DNA from: Nitrosopumilus sp.
GTDB taxonomy: Archaea > Thermoproteota > Nitrososphaeria > Nitrososphaerales > Nitrosopumilaceae
Reading direction: 5' to 3'
DNA length: 64,000 bases
Assembly: GCA_963667665.2 (NCBI GenBank)
Contig: OY763927.2
Coordinates: forward strand, 1,760,001-1,824,000
Positions 49,637-59,034 of the stretch are shown here, one piece after another. Position numbers and translations under genes: made by a program. The notes under the pieces were generated by a model. That model was not told the DNA's origin. It made no database searches and was given only the letters and a program-made list of their open reading frames with translations. Each line of letters begins with the position of its first letter. Within the stretch, counting starts at the first letter, position 1.

Positions 49637-50918
49637 AACTTTGTTTCACTAGTTCTAATGTGTCTTTAATAATTTTTTTACATTTTTCTTCATCATTTGA
49701 TTCTGCTGAAACTCTTATGATCTCTTCGGTGTTTGATTTTCTAATCAAAACCCAACTGTTCTCATCAATTGTTCCTTTAATTCCATCTAATGTATTAATT
49801 TCTGAATATTCTTTTGAAAATTTAGAACTTACTTTTTCAATTACTTTATCATGAAAATTTGAATCAACTTCAATTTTTTCTCTTATTTGACTAAACTTTT
49901 CCATATAGTTTAAAATTTCATCAAATTTTGGATTACCCAGCATCGAACAAATTAATCCGCTGGTAAGAATTCCTTCTCTACAATAATTGAACTCTGGTAA
50001 AATAAAACCTGCACTGCTTCCTTCTCCTCCAGCTTGAGCATTTGTTTTCAACATGAGATCTATGACATTTGCTTCTCCAACTTTCGATCTTTGAACAGTT
50101 CCTCCTTTCTCAATGATGAATTTTTCAATCGATATGCTTGTATCAATACTTAAAACAAATTTTTTGTATCCTAATTCCAAAGTTTTTGCAACACCTAATC
50201 CTAGTGTTACATCTGGAATCTGCTTTTTTCCGTTTTTAACTACCACTAAACGATCTGCATCTAAATCAAATGCAAATCCAATTTCTTTTTTATTGGATGC
50301 TGAAATTAATTCAGATAATTTATCAGATGTAGGATCAGGACCTCTAGAGCATCCTGAAAGTTCTTCATTAATAATTTCAACTTTACATCCAATTTTTTTT
50401 AGTAAATCAGGTGCATATCCTTTTGCAGCACCACCTCCGATATCTACTACTACTTCTGGTTGATTTTCGATATCTCCTATGATTTTTGCTGCATCATCAA
50501 TGTATGATGATGAAATATCTTGTTCAGTTCCAATTTTTGATTTTAAAATTTCTTGATGTTCAATAATTTGTGGTAATTCCTCTTCATTAATTCCTCTACC
50601 TTCAATAATGAATTTCATCCCATTCCATTTTATTGGATTATGAGATGAAGAAATTACTAATCCAGCACCATATTTTCTTGCTTCTCTAAAAACTACTGGA
50701 GTTGGAACTGTTTCTAAATTGAATACATCAATTCCATTTTTCATTAATGCAGCACTGGCTGTATCTTTCACCATGGAACCTGATGGTCTTGTGTCTTTTC
50801 CAATGACACATTTTTGTGATTTAATTAAAGATGAAAAATTATTACAAAATTCTAATACATCTTTTAGGTTAAGATCATCTCCAAATATTCCTCGAATCCC
50901 CGAAATTGTTTTCTTCAA
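49620..50918 (-). CDS. phosphoglucomutase/phosphomannomutase family protein
   Basis: SSHNP, FDLDADR, GEGS, RKSNTE. Confidence 0.93.
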   Translation of the reverse strand: MKKTISGIRGIFGDDLNLKDVLEFCNNFSSLIKSQKCVIGKDTRPSGSMVKDTASAALMKNGIDVFNLETVPTPVVFREARKYGAGLVISSSHNPIKWNGMKFIIEGRGINEEELPQIIEHQEILKSKIGTEQDISSSYIDDAAKIIGDIENQPEVVVDIGGGAAKGYAPDLLKKIGCKVEIINEELSGCSRGPDPTSDKLSELISASNKKEIGFAFDLDADRLVVVKNGKKQIPDVTLGLGVAKTLELGYKKFVLSIDTSISIEKFIIEKGGTVQRSKVGEANVIDLMLKTNAQAGGEGSSAGFILPEFNYCREGILTSGLICSMLGNPKFDEILNYMEKFSQIREKIEVDSNFHDKVIEKVSSKFSKEYSEINTLDGIKGTIDENSWVLIRKSNTEEIIRVSAESNDEEKCKKIIKDTLELVKQSYDQVR

Positions 50919-50971
50919 TTATTCCAACTCGGAAAGACTTTTTATTAACTCTGATGGATTTATCCAAACGT

Positions 50972-51045
50972 GCCTTGGTAGCTCAGCCTGGTAGAGCGAA
51001 CGCCTCGTAAGCGTTAGGTCGCGGGTTCGTACCCCGTCCGAGGCT
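50972..51045 (+). tRNA. tRNA-Thr(CGT)
   Basis: GCCTTGG..CCGAGGC; anticodon arm AACGC-CTCGTAA-GCGTT. Confidence 0.95.
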
Positions 51046-51089
51046 TTTCTTGTAAAATTTTTAAAATTATCTAGGAGATTCTTAAGAGA

Positions 51090-51167
51090 TTATTCAATGA
51101 ATGTTTCAATATCTGTTTCTAATTCTTTTCCTAACCCTTTCCACCACTGTTTAGTTTGTTCTGCCAT
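51090..51167 (-). CDS. 25-aa micro-protein (not in ORF track)
   Basis: MAEQTKQWWKGLGKELETDIETFIE*, preceded by SD-like GAGGGG and TATAAA. Confidence 0.45.
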   Translation of the reverse strand: MAEQTKQWWKGLGKELETDIETFIE

Positions 51168-51256
51168 ATGCCCCTCATACTTTACGTAAAATTATCCTTT
51201 ATAGATCTGTCGATTGATCCATGATTGACCCTTTGATAGCAAATTCTAAAATACCT

Positions 51257-51499
51257 CTAACTTTCTTTCTCTTCTTTCTTTCTTTTTATTTTTCTATAAA
51301 CTATTATCATGAGTGCAGCACCTGCACAGCCCCAAAATAATGGCGATAATCCCGGTTCAATAGTTGGTTGTAATATTCCCATAAAACCCAATGACATTAT
51401 TGCTACAAGAACTAATCCCAACATTTCAAGCATTTTCACCATAATTTTTCTATTATCACCTTGTAAAATCAAAAAGATATATGGTTTTGTAAACCACAC
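51257..51499 (-). CDS. small two-TM membrane protein (start probably MVKM at 51442)
   Basis: Two hydrophobic segments and a basic tail. Confidence 0.55.
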   Translation of the reverse strand: MWFTKPYIFLILQGDNRKIMVKMLEMLGLVLVAIMSLGFMGILQPTIEPGLSPLFWGCAGAALMIIVYRKIKRKKEEKES

Positions 51500-51504
51500 A
51501 ATTT

Positions 51505-51711
51505 ATGGACAAATATCTTATGGTGCTTCTAATGTTTATGATTGTAACTATAGGTATAGCATTTGTAGATCCTGCTACTGGAGAATTTCGATTAATTCTC
51601 CCATTATTTTATGGCGGAATTGCAGGTTTCGCAATTATTATTGTTTATAGCTCCTATACAGAAAGAAAAGAACGACAAAAAGCAAATGCTAAGAGAAGAG
51701 CTAGAAAATAG
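51505..51711 (+). CDS. small two-TM membrane protein
   Basis: Two hydrophobic segments and a basic tail. Confidence 0.65.
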   Translation: MDKYLMVLLMFMIVTIGIAFVDPATGEFRLILPLFYGGIAGFAIIIVYSSYTERKERQKANAKRRARK

Positions 51712-51714
51712 ATT

Positions 51715-51996
51715 TTAAAGTTCTAATCCAAATGATTCTGCAATACCTGCAAATTTTACATAAGAGTCCAAATATTGTCTACCTTTTCCAGTAATTACAA
51801 AAGTATTCTTACCATCAAATTCAATTTTATTAATTAGACCAGCGCCAGTCAAATTCTCTAAGAATTTACCTAATCTTGAATGTGATAAGTTAGCCTTTGT
51901 TAGAAGAGATGTTGTTTTGATGCCTTCTTGTCCTGATTGTTCAGTAACAGTCAATAGATCTGCAACTATCTGCATACTGGTTCTATAGGAAGCCAT
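51715..51996 (-). CDS. winged-helix DNA-binding protein (DUF4364/HTH_45-like)
   Basis: YRTSMQIVADLL..KANLSH..FVITGKG. Confidence 0.85.
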   Translation of the reverse strand: MASYRTSMQIVADLLTVTEQSGQEGIKTTSLLTKANLSHSRLGKFLENLTGAGLINKIEFDGKNTFVITGKGRQYLDSYVKFAGIAESFGLEL

Positions 51997-52080
51997 ATGA
52001 GCTTTTGTATAAAACTAAGATATAAGAGTATTACCGTTCATTCAGATCAGATAAATATACTCTAACATGATTTTTCTGCA

Positions 52081-52671
52081 ATGTCTTCTCATTCTTCTAT
52101 TCCTTGGTTTGATGACTTTATGGGCGTTGCTTACCGATATTATGACCTTAGAATGAATGTTGTTCCTTTACTAACTGACAGAAAACAATCCGCATCTCTT
52201 TGGCGTGATACTATTCATTGGTGGGTAAATCCATCAATCAAAATCCGATTTGTAGAAATGGGTGATAAATACTGGTTTATTCTGGGTTCAGATTCTCAAA
52301 AACCGGATACTAATCTGTCTTTTTTCAAAGTATTACACAAATCTGAAAATTATGAGCGATTTAAGAAAGGTCATGGAGGAGAGGCATATCTTCGATTAGG
52401 TGTATATGCAAAAAAAACACTTAGTGATGTAAAAAAGAATGCTTTGTGCAATTGTAGTCATGAAGCTAGAGATCATGATGAAGGAGATGATGATGTATGT
52501 TTGTATAACAATTGTGATTGCAAAAAATTTGCTAGTTTTCAGGTAAACTTGTCAAAAAGAAAAAAAACAATTACTGATATTGTATTTTTAGAAGAAAAAG
52601 ATGTAAAAGATGATCCTCTTGCATGGAATTGTCTTAATGTAAATAAATATTCAAAATCAGAACAAAACTAA
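52081..52671 (+). CDS. conserved hypothetical protein with a Cys/His cluster
   Basis: CNCSH..DH..C..CDC. Confidence 0.7.
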   Translation: MSSHSSIPWFDDFMGVAYRYYDLRMNVVPLLTDRKQSASLWRDTIHWWVNPSIKIRFVEMGDKYWFILGSDSQKPDTNLSFFKVLHKSENYERFKKGHGGEAYLRLGVYAKKTLSDVKKNALCNCSHEARDHDEGDDDVCLYNNCDCKKFASFQVNLSKRKKTITDIVFLEEKDVKDDPLAWNCLNVNKYSKSEQN

Positions 52672-52871
52672 TCTAAATGCTTGTTTACTCTTACATGTTC
52701 TCCAGGATAGTGTTCACCAATTTTTTTTGAATAGCATTTTCCACACAAGAAACCTTCTATCTTCCATTCTTCCATAGACTTGTAATGAAGTTCGATTTCT
52801 TCACTACAAATTGCACATTTGTGTTTTGTTCCCAAAGCTACTTTTCTCTTTTTAGTCGATATAAAAAACAT
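52668..52871 (-). CDS. small zinc-finger protein
   Basis: CAIC..LCGKCY. Confidence 0.65.
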   Translation of the reverse strand: MFFISTKKRKVALGTKHKCAICSEEIELHYKSMEEWKIEGFLCGKCYSKKIGEHYPGEHVRVNKHLD

Positions 52872-52929
52872 TCTGGAATAAACTGTACCTGAAAAATTAT
52901 GTTAAATATCCCTTATTTGTATTAAATTT

Positions 52930-52994
52930 AGGTAGGCTGTCTGACCAATGTAAACCTCCTGCAAGATTTTTACTTGGTTGGACTTCTACCTTTT
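52930..52994 (+). ncRNA. candidate hairpin sRNA with an anti-SD loop
   Basis: AGGTAG/CTACCT, GTCTGACCAA/TTGGTTGGAC (G:U pairs favour the plus strand), GTAAA/TTTAC stems; loop CCTCCT; TATA GTTAAATA at 52901-52908; TTTT at the 3' end. Confidence 0.55.
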
Positions 52995-52998
52995 GAAT

Positions 52999-54750
52999 TT
53001 AAAATAAACTGTTTGCTAGTTTTTTCAATGCTAGAATATCGTCTTCTTCATGACTAATTTTTTTATCAATTACACGAAGCATTGTGATATTCCAAACATG
53101 TTGTGAGAAAAAATTATGTTTTGTATTGGCTAACTCAATTTCATCATCTACTACAGTATCTTCCAGAAATTTAGTCACAATTACATCTGTTAATTTTAAA
53201 ATTCTGGAATTAAGTTTGAAACTACGAAAAATAGGCTCTAGTTTTCTTACATCTACTTTGAAGTCATCTTTTGATTCAAGAATTTTTTTGTGGAGTATTC
53301 TAAAGTAGACTGCTACAAAAAATAATGTTGCGTATCTTTTTGTTTTATGTCCTCCTTGTTTTCCATAATTTAATGATTTTTTTGCAAATTCTTTGACAAG
53401 ATAAGGATATAACAAAATTCTGTAATCATCTTTCAAATTATCATTGAATATATCGTCATATTTTCTTCCTCTTGGAAGAAACTGTGCTGGTGAACTGTAC
53501 GCTTCAGTTGGTCTTTGTTCAATTCCTGCAACTAATGACTGAATCGCATCTTTAGCAACAATGACTTTCTTATGGTTATCTGGAAGATAGTTGTTGTATA
53601 TCGCATCTCCTTCATATTCACTCTGTTTTGATTTTGATTTTGTATCAAAAGAACCTGCTTGAATTTCATAAAAGTACCCACAATTTTTTAATTGTGATTT
53701 AATTGATTTATGAAAATCCATGAGTGAAACAAGATCTTTTCCTCTAACTGAATTTTGAGAATTTCTGTACTTTGTAATATTATTTTGTTCTTGTTCATCA
53801 TCTGCTTTGATTATTGTAACTGTCATGGAACCTTCCATGTTTTTTGTTCTCTTTGAATGATCAAGAATAGAATTTGATGTTTGTGCACCATTGACAATTT
53901 GTGGAGCATGTAGTTCAATCAAATTTTCTCCTAACTCTACAAAGTCACTAACGACAATAGTAATTCCATTGTTATAGTAGAAGAATTTGCCTGGATTATT
54001 TTGTAATGTTTCACGTAAACCTTTGTTAACTGTAGTCTTGAATTGCATCCATTGTCTAATATTTGATTCAAAAACATAATCTTTATTCTTACTTACAAAT
54101 TCTGTAATTTCTCGTAACTTTAAAATTCCTAGAATGGTATTTTCATATTTTAGCATTTTTTCAAGTTTAATTGAGGATTTTTTACCTGCTGCAGGTTTTT
54201 TAATTCTGTCCCATAATTTTTGAATTATTTTCTCACCATCTATAATTTCGACAAATTCGTCATCATATTCTACTTTCTGATCTGTAACATAACAACATTT
54301 TACCTTGAGATTTTTTTCTTTAATTTTTGTAACAAGTTGAGCTAGTTCTGGTCTCATTTTTGTAACATCTTTTGAAAGTAATCGTTTTACGTCTTCTTTG
54401 AATTTGGCAATTGCTTCTAGTGAATGTGATGTGCCGTATTTTGATTGGAATAATCTAATTGTATTATCTGAAAAATCTACTGGAAGATATGCATCAATTC
54501 CGAGATCGTTTGCTCCATCCACAATTGCATCTGCTGCATCATCTTCTGTGGCCTCAAAAACTCGAGTTAACACCCATTGAAGAAAGTTATATCCTTTCTC
54601 AACTTCACTTTTAGCATTTTCAGCATATTCTTGTATACTTCCCTGAACGTTTTCTGCAAATCCTTCTAAAGGAAGACTAGAATTTTTTTGTACAAGTAAT
54701 GTGTGCGAACCTGGTATGTATTCTAATAAACCATTTCCATTTTGTGACAT
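52999..54750 (-). CDS. AIPR family (abortive infection phage resistance) protein
   Basis: DGANDLGIDA..FQSKY nuclease-like N-terminus; FESNIR..FFYYNNGITIV..QIVNGAQT..NSQN AIPR core. Confidence 0.88.
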   Translation of the reverse strand: MSQNGNGLLEYIPGSHTLLVQKNSSLPLEGFAENVQGSIQEYAENAKSEVEKGYNFLQWVLTRVFEATEDDAADAIVDGANDLGIDAYLPVDFSDNTIRLFQSKYGTSHSLEAIAKFKEDVKRLLSKDVTKMRPELAQLVTKIKEKNLKVKCCYVTDQKVEYDDEFVEIIDGEKIIQKLWDRIKKPAAGKKSSIKLEKMLKYENTILGILKLREITEFVSKNKDYVFESNIRQWMQFKTTVNKGLRETLQNNPGKFFYYNNGITIVVSDFVELGENLIELHAPQIVNGAQTSNSILDHSKRTKNMEGSMTVTIIKADDEQEQNNITKYRNSQNSVRGKDLVSLMDFHKSIKSQLKNCGYFYEIQAGSFDTKSKSKQSEYEGDAIYNNYLPDNHKKVIVAKDAIQSLVAGIEQRPTEAYSSPAQFLPRGRKYDDIFNDNLKDDYRILLYPYLVKEFAKKSLNYGKQGGHKTKRYATLFFVAVYFRILHKKILESKDDFKVDVRKLEPIFRSFKLNSRILKLTDVIVTKFLEDTVVDDEIELANTKHNFFSQHVWNITMLRVIDKKISHEEDDILALKKLANSLF

Positions 54751-54827
54751 TTATTTTTCTAATATGTTATATATTTAGAGAACTTGGTAATTATGTAATA
54801 ACTGGCTGTTTAAACAATACTTATAAT

Positions 54828-54841
54828 GGTTCTGTGAAGTT
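54828..54841. mobile_element. IS6-family-like terminal inverted repeat marking the island boundary
   Basis: GGTTCTGTGAAGTT resembles IS6/ISS1/IS257 ends (GGTTCTGTTGCAAAGTT) and coincides with the compositional shift. Confidence 0.45.
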
Positions 54842-55650
54842 ATCTAGAGCTGAGTTTTGAGGCATGGCCATAATGTCATCAAACATCCTACAACGTGATC
54901 TGTTTTCCTTTTGGCTCCGTTTCTGACCGTGGAGCTCTGATAAAATCTGCCAGTGACGGCAGGTTTGGCTTGATTCTCTTGAAATAATCCGATATGGTGT
55001 AAATCTGTAATTTCGGATACTGTTCCCCAAAAGGGGTTTCAAATATTCCTGCTGTTGCTGCTGCCTCTTTCATCTTTCTTGTAGGTTCTCTCAGACAGAC
55101 AAAGACTCCCAGTTCTGCCTTTTCACTGTCCATGGTTCCAATCAAATCTCTGACCATTCCTGGATTTAGGCTATCTCCGCCTTTTACAGATACTATGATT
55201 TTGACATCAATTCGCTTTCCATCTTTGTTGGTTCCCAACTGTATGTATCCCCTCCCGTCGATTCCTTTATCTCCTGTCTGTCTTCTATTTGGCAGCACGT
55301 TTGGAATTAGCGTAACTGCCCATGCCTCAAACTGGAATTTGTTGCGTCTTGCCAAATCTTTTGCAGATTCAAAAGAGTTGGGGGTCCCCCTCACTTCTAC
55401 GCTGACTCCAAATGCATCCTTCATTCTCTTTTCAATAAGACCTATAGCCAGATGTGTTATGTCTATCCCTATCCATCTGCGGTTTAGCTTTTGAGATGCA
55501 TGAACTGCCGTACCGCATCCGCAAAACGGATCCAATACCACATCACCCTGATTTGAACTGGAGTTAATTACTCTTTCAAGTAAGCTTAGTGGTTTTTGTG
55601 TTGGATAACCCATCCTTTCTTTGGAAGTCGGCGTCTGTTGAAATGACATA

Positions 55651-56528
55651 CAACTTATCCTAAAACTCTCCAGTACATCATAATTGATGCCAAATACACA
55701 AACCCAAGATAATTATCACAGTTCTTCTCATATCTGATTCTTGTTCTATGAAATCCATTCTTCAACCATGCAAAGAATCTCTCAACAACAAACCTTGTCT
55801 TGTTGTAATTGTTCTGCATGTTATTTGGTACGATGAATTTGGAATTATTCCTGTATGGAATGCAGCATCTGATAGAATGATTTCTCAGATAATTCCTGAT
55901 GTATTTTGCATCATAGCCCTTGTCTGCATACACTGATACGATCTCTTCTATCATAGAATCATCTACAAAATCTGAAATTGATTCCATGACATCGATAAAT
56001 TTCGTACTATCATGTTGATTTGCAGGACTGCATACAATTGATATTGGCAATCCATTACTATCTACGGCAACATGTATTTTTGTACCTAGAATCTTCTTGA
56101 AACCATCATATCCAGTTACGTTGCCCCTTTTTTATTGGAAATTGATGATGAATCAACTGATATCTTTTGCAGATTAATCTTGTTTTGTTTGTAAGCTGAT
56201 TTCATTATTCCAGAAAGAATCTTTTTCCATACTCCTTTTTGCTGCCAGTCTTGTAATCGTAGATGTGTAGTTGATTTGGAACCATACTTTTCTGGTAATT
56301 CTTCCCATCTGCATCCAACAGTTAGAACAAATAGAATTCCATTAATTGTTGTTCTATCATCACATCTTGGTCTGCCTGTTCTTGCAGGTTTTGGTAAATG
56401 TGGTATAATTGATTTCCACTGTTTGTCTGTTAGTTCTTTATGAATCATAGAAATGATTTGATAGATGTTATTGTTAGATCCATACTATCATCAAATGTTT
56501 ACAAAATGATCTGTTTTAGGATGAGTTG
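55651..56528 (-). mobile_element. IS5-family insertion sequence (878 bp)
   Basis: TIRs CAACTTATCCTAAAAC / GTTTTAGGATGAGTTG (15/16), ATA target duplication at 55648-55650 and 56529-56531. Confidence 0.93.
55655..56448 (-). CDS. IS5-family transposase in two ORFs joined by a -1 frameshift
   Basis: ELTDKQW..GRPR..GCRWEELP..VDSS then A6G4 (56133-56124) into GNVTGYDGFKK..ADKGYD..RFVVERFFAWLK. Confidence 0.9.
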
Positions 56529-57278
56529 ATAATATCAGACCAGACATCGCCTATTGCCTTGCCTTTTTTTACCACATCATCGAGGTATCTGCGCTTTCCT
56601 CTACCGTCAAAATATTTTTTACCATTCTCGTCAGTTTTGTTAAAACGAGCAAGATATTCTTGTCTGTGTGGCTGAGTTTGCTTATTAAAAGTGAAATCAC
56701 TTGATTTTACATAATAAAATAGTGTGTCGTGCCCCCTGATCCAGTTCTTGGCCTGTGTTTTATAACCTGACAAAACCGCAATATCCCAAATTATCTCTCT
56801 TCTAAAATTCTGTGGCTGAAAGATTGCATCCAGAATTATCTTCAGATAATGACTTGCAGTAGGGTCACAGTGTAAATATAGACTTCCGGTATTTTTTAGA
56901 ACCCTGTACAGTTCAATTAATCTGATTGTCATCATGACAAGATACGCCATCATATCATTTTCACCTATAGCTTCTCTCATACCTCTGATCACTGATGAGA
57001 CAGTTGTACTTGTATTCAATAACTGCCCATAAGCCAGCTCTGATTCACTAGTCCAATGCCATGAATCCTCAAAAGCTGTTATCTGTGCAGGAGATTCAAT
57101 ATTGTCAGGTGTTTTGAATAGTATATTGTAAGCAGCTTTTGAGTTGAATGGAGAATCAAGATAGATAAGATCAACAGATTCATCTATGATGTGTTTTTGT
57201 AAAATGTCTAGGTTATCGCCAAAGTAGAGGGTATTTTTTGCAAGCTCCTCCCCCGATTATTTTGTCAGGGGACATGAA

Positions 57279-57422
57279 CTAACGTACCCTTTCCTTGTTC
57301 CAGTATGGGGAATTACACTTTTTGTTGTTGCAGTTCTTTGGTGATTCGTTCCTACTATACCAAATCTCATTGCATCTATTGCACTCGTGTCGCCAATATG
57401 CACCATCTACTTTCATGCTCAT
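57279..57422 (-). CDS. 47-aa zinc-ribbon protein (not in ORF track)
   Basis: MSMKVDGAYWRHECNRCNEIWYSRNESPKNCNNKKCNSPYWNKERVR*. Confidence 0.7.
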   Translation of the reverse strand: MSMKVDGAYWRHECNRCNEIWYSRNESPKNCNNKKCNSPYWNKERVR

Positions 57423-57511
57423 ATGCAAACATGAATTTGGTTATCATATAACTGTTTCCTACATATAGTCAAAACGTATAGTATATATGTAGTTAAAAAG
57501 TACAGTATGGT

Positions 57512-57852
57512 ATGAACACAAGAACTCAAAAAGCAAAACAGATTATGGAAACACAGGGTCACTGCTCACAGATTGATGCAAATACATTTTCAGTCAGATC
57601 ACAGACAAACCCTGAAAAGAGGTATGCAGTAAGAGAGACGGCAAACGGTTTAGTTTGCGAATGTCCTGATCACAGGTTTCGAAAGGCAGACTGCAAGCAC
57701 ATCAAAATTGTACTAGAGATAGTGAAGAATAACAAGTGCAGAAAGAACAACACATTTCGAATCATGGAAAGATCACAGCTCAAACTATGCAAATACTGCG
57801 ATTCAGGCAGACTAAAGAAGAACGGAACAAGACAGACGGCAAAAGGCAACGT
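57512..57852 (+). pseudogene. N-terminal fragment of a SWIM-finger/zinc-ribbon transposase-like protein, truncated by IS481
   Basis: SWIM CECPDH..CKH, then CKYCDS..KKNG ribbon; the frame runs into the IS481 end at 57853. Confidence 0.7.
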
Positions 57853-58896
57853 TGTAATATATGAAAATTATGTCCGCTAGTCATTTGTGTCTACCTCCAT
57901 CCATTGTGGGTCATTTGTCCTGATTGCTTCTGTAGCCTTCCTGGCAGAAAACGCCTTGAGCGGGGTCTCGTAGTTGTGCATGTCCAGCGAAAAGTGGAGT
58001 CGTCTCTCGTTGTAGTATTCAATGTACTCGGACAGGCTCTCGTAGTGGTGTATCTCCTCCTCAATGCTCCTGTGGAACCGTTCAAGCTTGCCGTTGGTCT
58101 GAGAGTGATACGGTCTTGAATTGATCAACTCTATGCCAAGGTTCAGCAGCTCGTTCTCAAAGATGGTCGGAGTCCAGGTGCCGGTAAGCTTCTTGCGGCC
58201 GCCCCTGCCTACAAAGCACGATCCATTGTCTGACAGTATGGTTGCAGGAGTCCCAAACTCCCTGATGGCCTGCCTGAGCGCCACGACCGCGTTCTCTGAC
58301 GTGGCTTCCTTGAACAGCCTTGCACCTGTCACGCACCTGGATGCATCATCAAGGTAGGTTATGAGGTTCAGGCCGCGAAAGCGCGGATCCTTCATGACGT
58401 GCCAGTCCGTATGCCACATTGAATTGGAATGCTTCCGTTCGTAGCGTATCCACTTCCGCCTGCGGGATTTGGCAGTCGACAGAACCACCAGTCCGTTCTC
58501 CTTCATGACCTGGTATACCTTGGCGTAGCTTACATCATAATCTTTTCGCAGGTTCATCGCGGTGCGCAGCACGCCCACATCTTCTCGCCTGTGCTCGTCC
58601 AGTACCAGTTGCACCTCGTCTGAGGACGGCCAGGTCGCCGGTCGCCCTGGCATTCTGGGGATGTGTGGAGATCCGGTAGCACAAAACTCTGCCCAAAGTC
58701 TCCTTACGTGCCGTGGAGTCACACCTATCTGGACTGCTACCGCCGACGAACTCGTGCCTTTCTTGATCTGCCCCATTGCGTAACGTATGGCCTTGGCAGT
58801 CAAACGTTTTGTCATCTTTTTTCTTGATCGATGCAAGGCAAAATAATCCTTTACGGTAAGCTTGATCTTAGCTGGACCTAATTTTCGTACAATAGA
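57853..58896 (-). mobile_element. IS481-family insertion sequence
   Basis: Imperfect TIRs TGTAATATATGAAAATTATGTCC vs reverse complement TCTATTGTACGAAAATTAGGTCC (18/23); no TSD; GC-rich. Confidence 0.8.
57877..58836 (-). CDS. IS481-family DDE transposase (rve core)
   Basis: N-terminal HTH, WHTD..YLDDASR..LSDNG..QTNGKLERF..YYNERRLH. Confidence 0.92.
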   Translation of the reverse strand: MHRSRKKMTKRLTAKAIRYAMGQIKKGTSSSAVAVQIGVTPRHVRRLWAEFCATGSPHIPRMPGRPATWPSSDEVQLVLDEHRREDVGVLRTAMNLRKDYDVSYAKVYQVMKENGLVVLSTAKSRRRKWIRYERKHSNSMWHTDWHVMKDPRFRGLNLITYLDDASRCVTGARLFKEATSENAVVALRQAIREFGTPATILSDNGSCFVGRGGRKKLTGTWTPTIFENELLNLGIELINSRPYHSQTNGKLERFHRSIEEEIHHYESLSEYIEYYNERRLHFSLDMHNYETPLKAFSARKATEAIRTNDPQWMEVDTND

Positions 58897-59034
58897 TTTT
58901 CGGACTATAACCTATAGACATAAATATTTTATAATAAAAAACAGATCATTGATTTCTAGTCATAATTATAACGTCATTTTGCAATCGGATCGTCTAATGT
59001 CATCTTTTGGAGACATGGGGGGAGGTGACAGCAC

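Larger units (their letters stand above)
54888..57243 (-). pseudogene. beta-class N6/N4 DNA methyltransferase fused to a Mrr-like nuclease domain, disrupted
   Basis: NTLYFGDNL..DLIYLDSPFNS..GSLYLHCD..DVWSDI|MSFQQ..YPTQKP..VLDPFCGCGT..GDKGIDG..IVSVKGG; IS insertion, out-of-frame TTG start, DPPF->DSPF. Confidence 0.88.

Noticed and set aside
3605-50994. Numerous antisense or alternate-frame ORFs inside housekeeping genes (e.g. 7942..8397, 13880..14188, 33966..34268, 50113..50463)
   Set aside because: Fully overlap well-supported genes and have no motifs of their own.
54821-55042. 73-aa ORF ending NFTEPL as an IS6 transposase tail
   Set aside because: Mostly an alternative frame of the methylase gene; only the TIR-like sequence itself is retained as evidence.
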